Below are positions 62,297 through 64,000 of a stretch of 64,000 nt of DNA, in pieces. Each line of letters begins with the position of its first letter. Positions within the stretch are counted from its first letter, which is position 1. Origin of the DNA: Longimicrobiales bacterium (GTDB lineage Bacteria; Gemmatimonadota; Gemmatimonadetes; Longimicrobiales; Gaopeijiaceae). Under the pieces are notes generated by a model. That model ran no database searches and was not told where the DNA came from. It was given only the letters and a program-made list of their open reading frames with translations. The DNA lies in NCBI GenBank assembly GCA_965202985.1, contig CBDBCF010000001.1, positions 704,001 through 768,000 of the forward strand, in the 5' to 3' direction. A program made the translations under genes and the position numbers.

Positions 62297-63519
62297 TCGC
62301 CGCCCCCGCCTTGGGCGGCGGCCCGCGCCAAGAAGTCGCTACCGTTCGTGCAGTCGATGATCAAGTCCGCGATCTCGGCAACCCGCTCCGCGTCCGAAAC
62401 ACGCTCCAGCAACGACGCAAGCCCCTCCGCAGTCTCCGAACCGAACTTCCGACCGGCTTGGCGCACCAACGTGGCCCGTTGCTCGCGCCGCGCCGCCGCC
62501 GCCTCTCGGCGACCCTCCTTGCGGCCCTGCGCTCGCCCCACGGCCCGCCCCTCCGCGCGCCCCTTGCGACGCTCCGCCAACCGCTCCGCTCCCCAGAACG
62601 TGTGCGCCACACGCTCCAAGTCGCCCAACCTCTGCAATCGCTTCACTTCCTCCTCCTTCGCTCCGTCGTCGATCAACCCGCTCCGAACCCACGCCGCCAG
62701 AGCCCGGCTCGCAGGCCCGTCCTCCGGCAACAGCTCCCGCAACCTCGCGTACGCCTCCCCAAACTCGGCACGATCCCGCGTGTAGCGCAACCTCAACCCC
62801 GCCGCCCACGACGTGTCCGCCGACACCAGAGCCCTCGCCTCCGACGCCTCCGACACCAGCACGAACTCCTGGCCCAGCGCGAACGGCAGGAACGCCCTCG
62901 CGTCGTCCGCCAGCAGGTCCTCCATCCGCGTCGCCCCGGGCCACGGCACCTCTCCCACGTACACCACGATCGGCAGCACCGGCGGCAGCTTCCGACGCCT
63001 CCGAACCTCCGGGTCCCGTGCCAGCAGGTCGTCGTAGATCAGCGCCGTCTCCAGCAGGACCCGCGCCGGCATCCGCCAGTCCGGCTTCGACTGCGCCTCG
63101 AACAGGAACACCACGTACAGCCACGAGTCCCGGAACGGCGCCCGCCACACCAGGTCCGCGTGACGGACCTTCCTGAACTCGAGGTCCACGTACTCCGTCT
63201 GTCCCTTCGAGAGTCCGTCCAGGTCGAGGCGGGCGGCGATCTCCGCGGGGACGACCTTGCCCAGGACGCGCTCGGCCAGGAACTCCGCCACGACACGCTT
63301 GTCCCCATAGAACGCCTTCGCGCTCTTGTCCTTCGGCTGGTGGACCGCATGGCGGCGACGCTCGTCCCGGCGCTGGCGCGGCTCGGCCGGCCCGTCGGGC
63401 TCGGGGGCGGGCGCGACGGACTCGGCGGACGCGTCCGGCGGCGGAGGCTTGCGGTCGGGAGGCGTCGTTCCGGCGGCTTGGGCGTTGCGGTTTCGGGGAC
63501 TTGCGGGGGCCATGGACAT
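62293..63519 (-). CDS. Rpn-family recombination-promoting nuclease/putative transposase (second copy)
   Basis: KDKSAKAFY, RHADLVW, LFEAQS, LPPVLPIVVYVG, GRAEG repeats, LVRQAGRKFG. Confidence 0.85.
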   Translation of the reverse strand: MSMAPASPRNRNAQAAGTTPPDRKPPPPDASAESVAPAPEPDGPAEPRQRRDERRRHAVHQPKDKSAKAFYGDKRVVAEFLAERVLGKVVPAEIAARLDLDGLSKGQTEYVDLEFRKVRHADLVWRAPFRDSWLYVVFLFEAQSKPDWRMPARVLLETALIYDDLLARDPEVRRRRKLPPVLPIVVYVGEVPWPGATRMEDLLADDARAFLPFALGQEFVLVSEASEARALVSADTSWAAGLRLRYTRDRAEFGEAYARLRELLPEDGPASRALAAWVRSGLIDDGAKEEEVKRLQRLGDLERVAHTFWGAERLAERRKGRAEGRAVGRAQGRKEGRREAAAARREQRATLVRQAGRKFGSETAEGLASLLERVSDAERVAEIADLIIDCTNGSDFLARAAAQGGGGE

Positions 63520-63844
63520 CTCCTCGGGAGCGGCGTGGTCGGGACTCCGACGGCCCGGTTGGAGAGGGCCGAGGGAGCTGCGTCCCGAACGGTGACGACT
63601 CCTTTGCGATACCTCCATGGCTGGATGGGACACCTTCATGGCCGGACGGGACGCTCCGCAGAACGAGACGGGCAGCCGACGTTCCGGTCGCCTGCCGGAA
63701 TGCCCGGAGAAGGACACCTCGAGGCGCTCCGCGGTCCCGCCGTGGTCGCGCCGAAAGCCGGTCCCGGGGCCCATGCGCGATTTCGAGGGCTCAAAATGTC
63801 CGCTTCGATGTCCCGTTTTCGGGCCTCGAGTGTCCGATCCCCCC

Positions 63845-64000
63845 CTACGGCTTGACCAGCCTCAGCACCTGCGGGTGCTCCACGTCCGTCGCGTCTCGCC
63901 GCACGCCCAGCGCTTCGCTCGAGCCGACGCGAAGCATCTCGAAGCGCTCCGGGGTCTCGACAACGCCCAGCCACGTTCCGTTCGCGTCCCATACGTACCA
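63845..64000 (-). CDS. 3' end of a probable 6-bladed beta-propeller protein (5' part outside window)
   Basis: WYVWDANGTWLGVVETPERF...GVRRDATDVEHPQVLRL* resembles the typical C-terminus of this family. Confidence 0.55.
   Translation of the reverse strand, partial: WYVWDANGTWLGVVETPERFEMLRVGSSEALGVRRDATDVEHPQVLRLVKP

Noticed and set aside
63520..63840. Short imperfect tandem repeats upstream of Rpn gene 2 (acctccatggctggatggg / accttcatggccggacggg)
   Set aside because: Only two degenerate copies, with no recognisable RNA or element structure.

Overview
High-GC bacterial window; gene style suggests a Gemmatimonadota-like, possibly host- or sponge-associated organism (inference only). (1) 1-26.5 kb: a minus-strand envelope gene string galE-tolQ-tolR-tolA-tolB-[giant adhesin]-pal-cpoB-nrdR-tatC-lptD-FN3 lipoprotein-formiminotransferase. 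A 13.7-kb gene for a ~4,560-aa surface protein sits between tolB and pal (about 25 Ig-like repeats, 5 cadherin domains, autotransporter-like C-terminus). Its start codon is followed directly by a C28 homopolymer, a candidate phase-variation switch, and an IS3 fragment lies just upstream. (2) 26.5-40.6 kb: a Wzx/Wzy-type polysaccharide cluster. (3) 40.7-63.5 kb: a defence island bracketed by two convergent Rpn-family genes, each with an internal SD/start for a small C-terminal protein. Its backbone is a decaying DUF499 ATPase / DUF1156 methylase / SNF2-DUF3883 'restriction-like' system. The gaps in that backbone carry two C5-MTase + GHKL-ATPase/nuclease modules, a MAD3/MAD4-like pair, an AbiJ-NTD4/HEPN-like gene, a broken VapBC and an aspartic protease lacking its catalytic Asp. 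A 90-nt chimeric scar (DUF499 5' end fused to vapC 3' end) suggests two alternative cargos were stacked into the same slot. A eukaryote-type sterol Delta7-reductase borders the island. No rRNA, tRNA or CRISPR array was seen. All family calls come from recognising motifs by eye; no database search was run.
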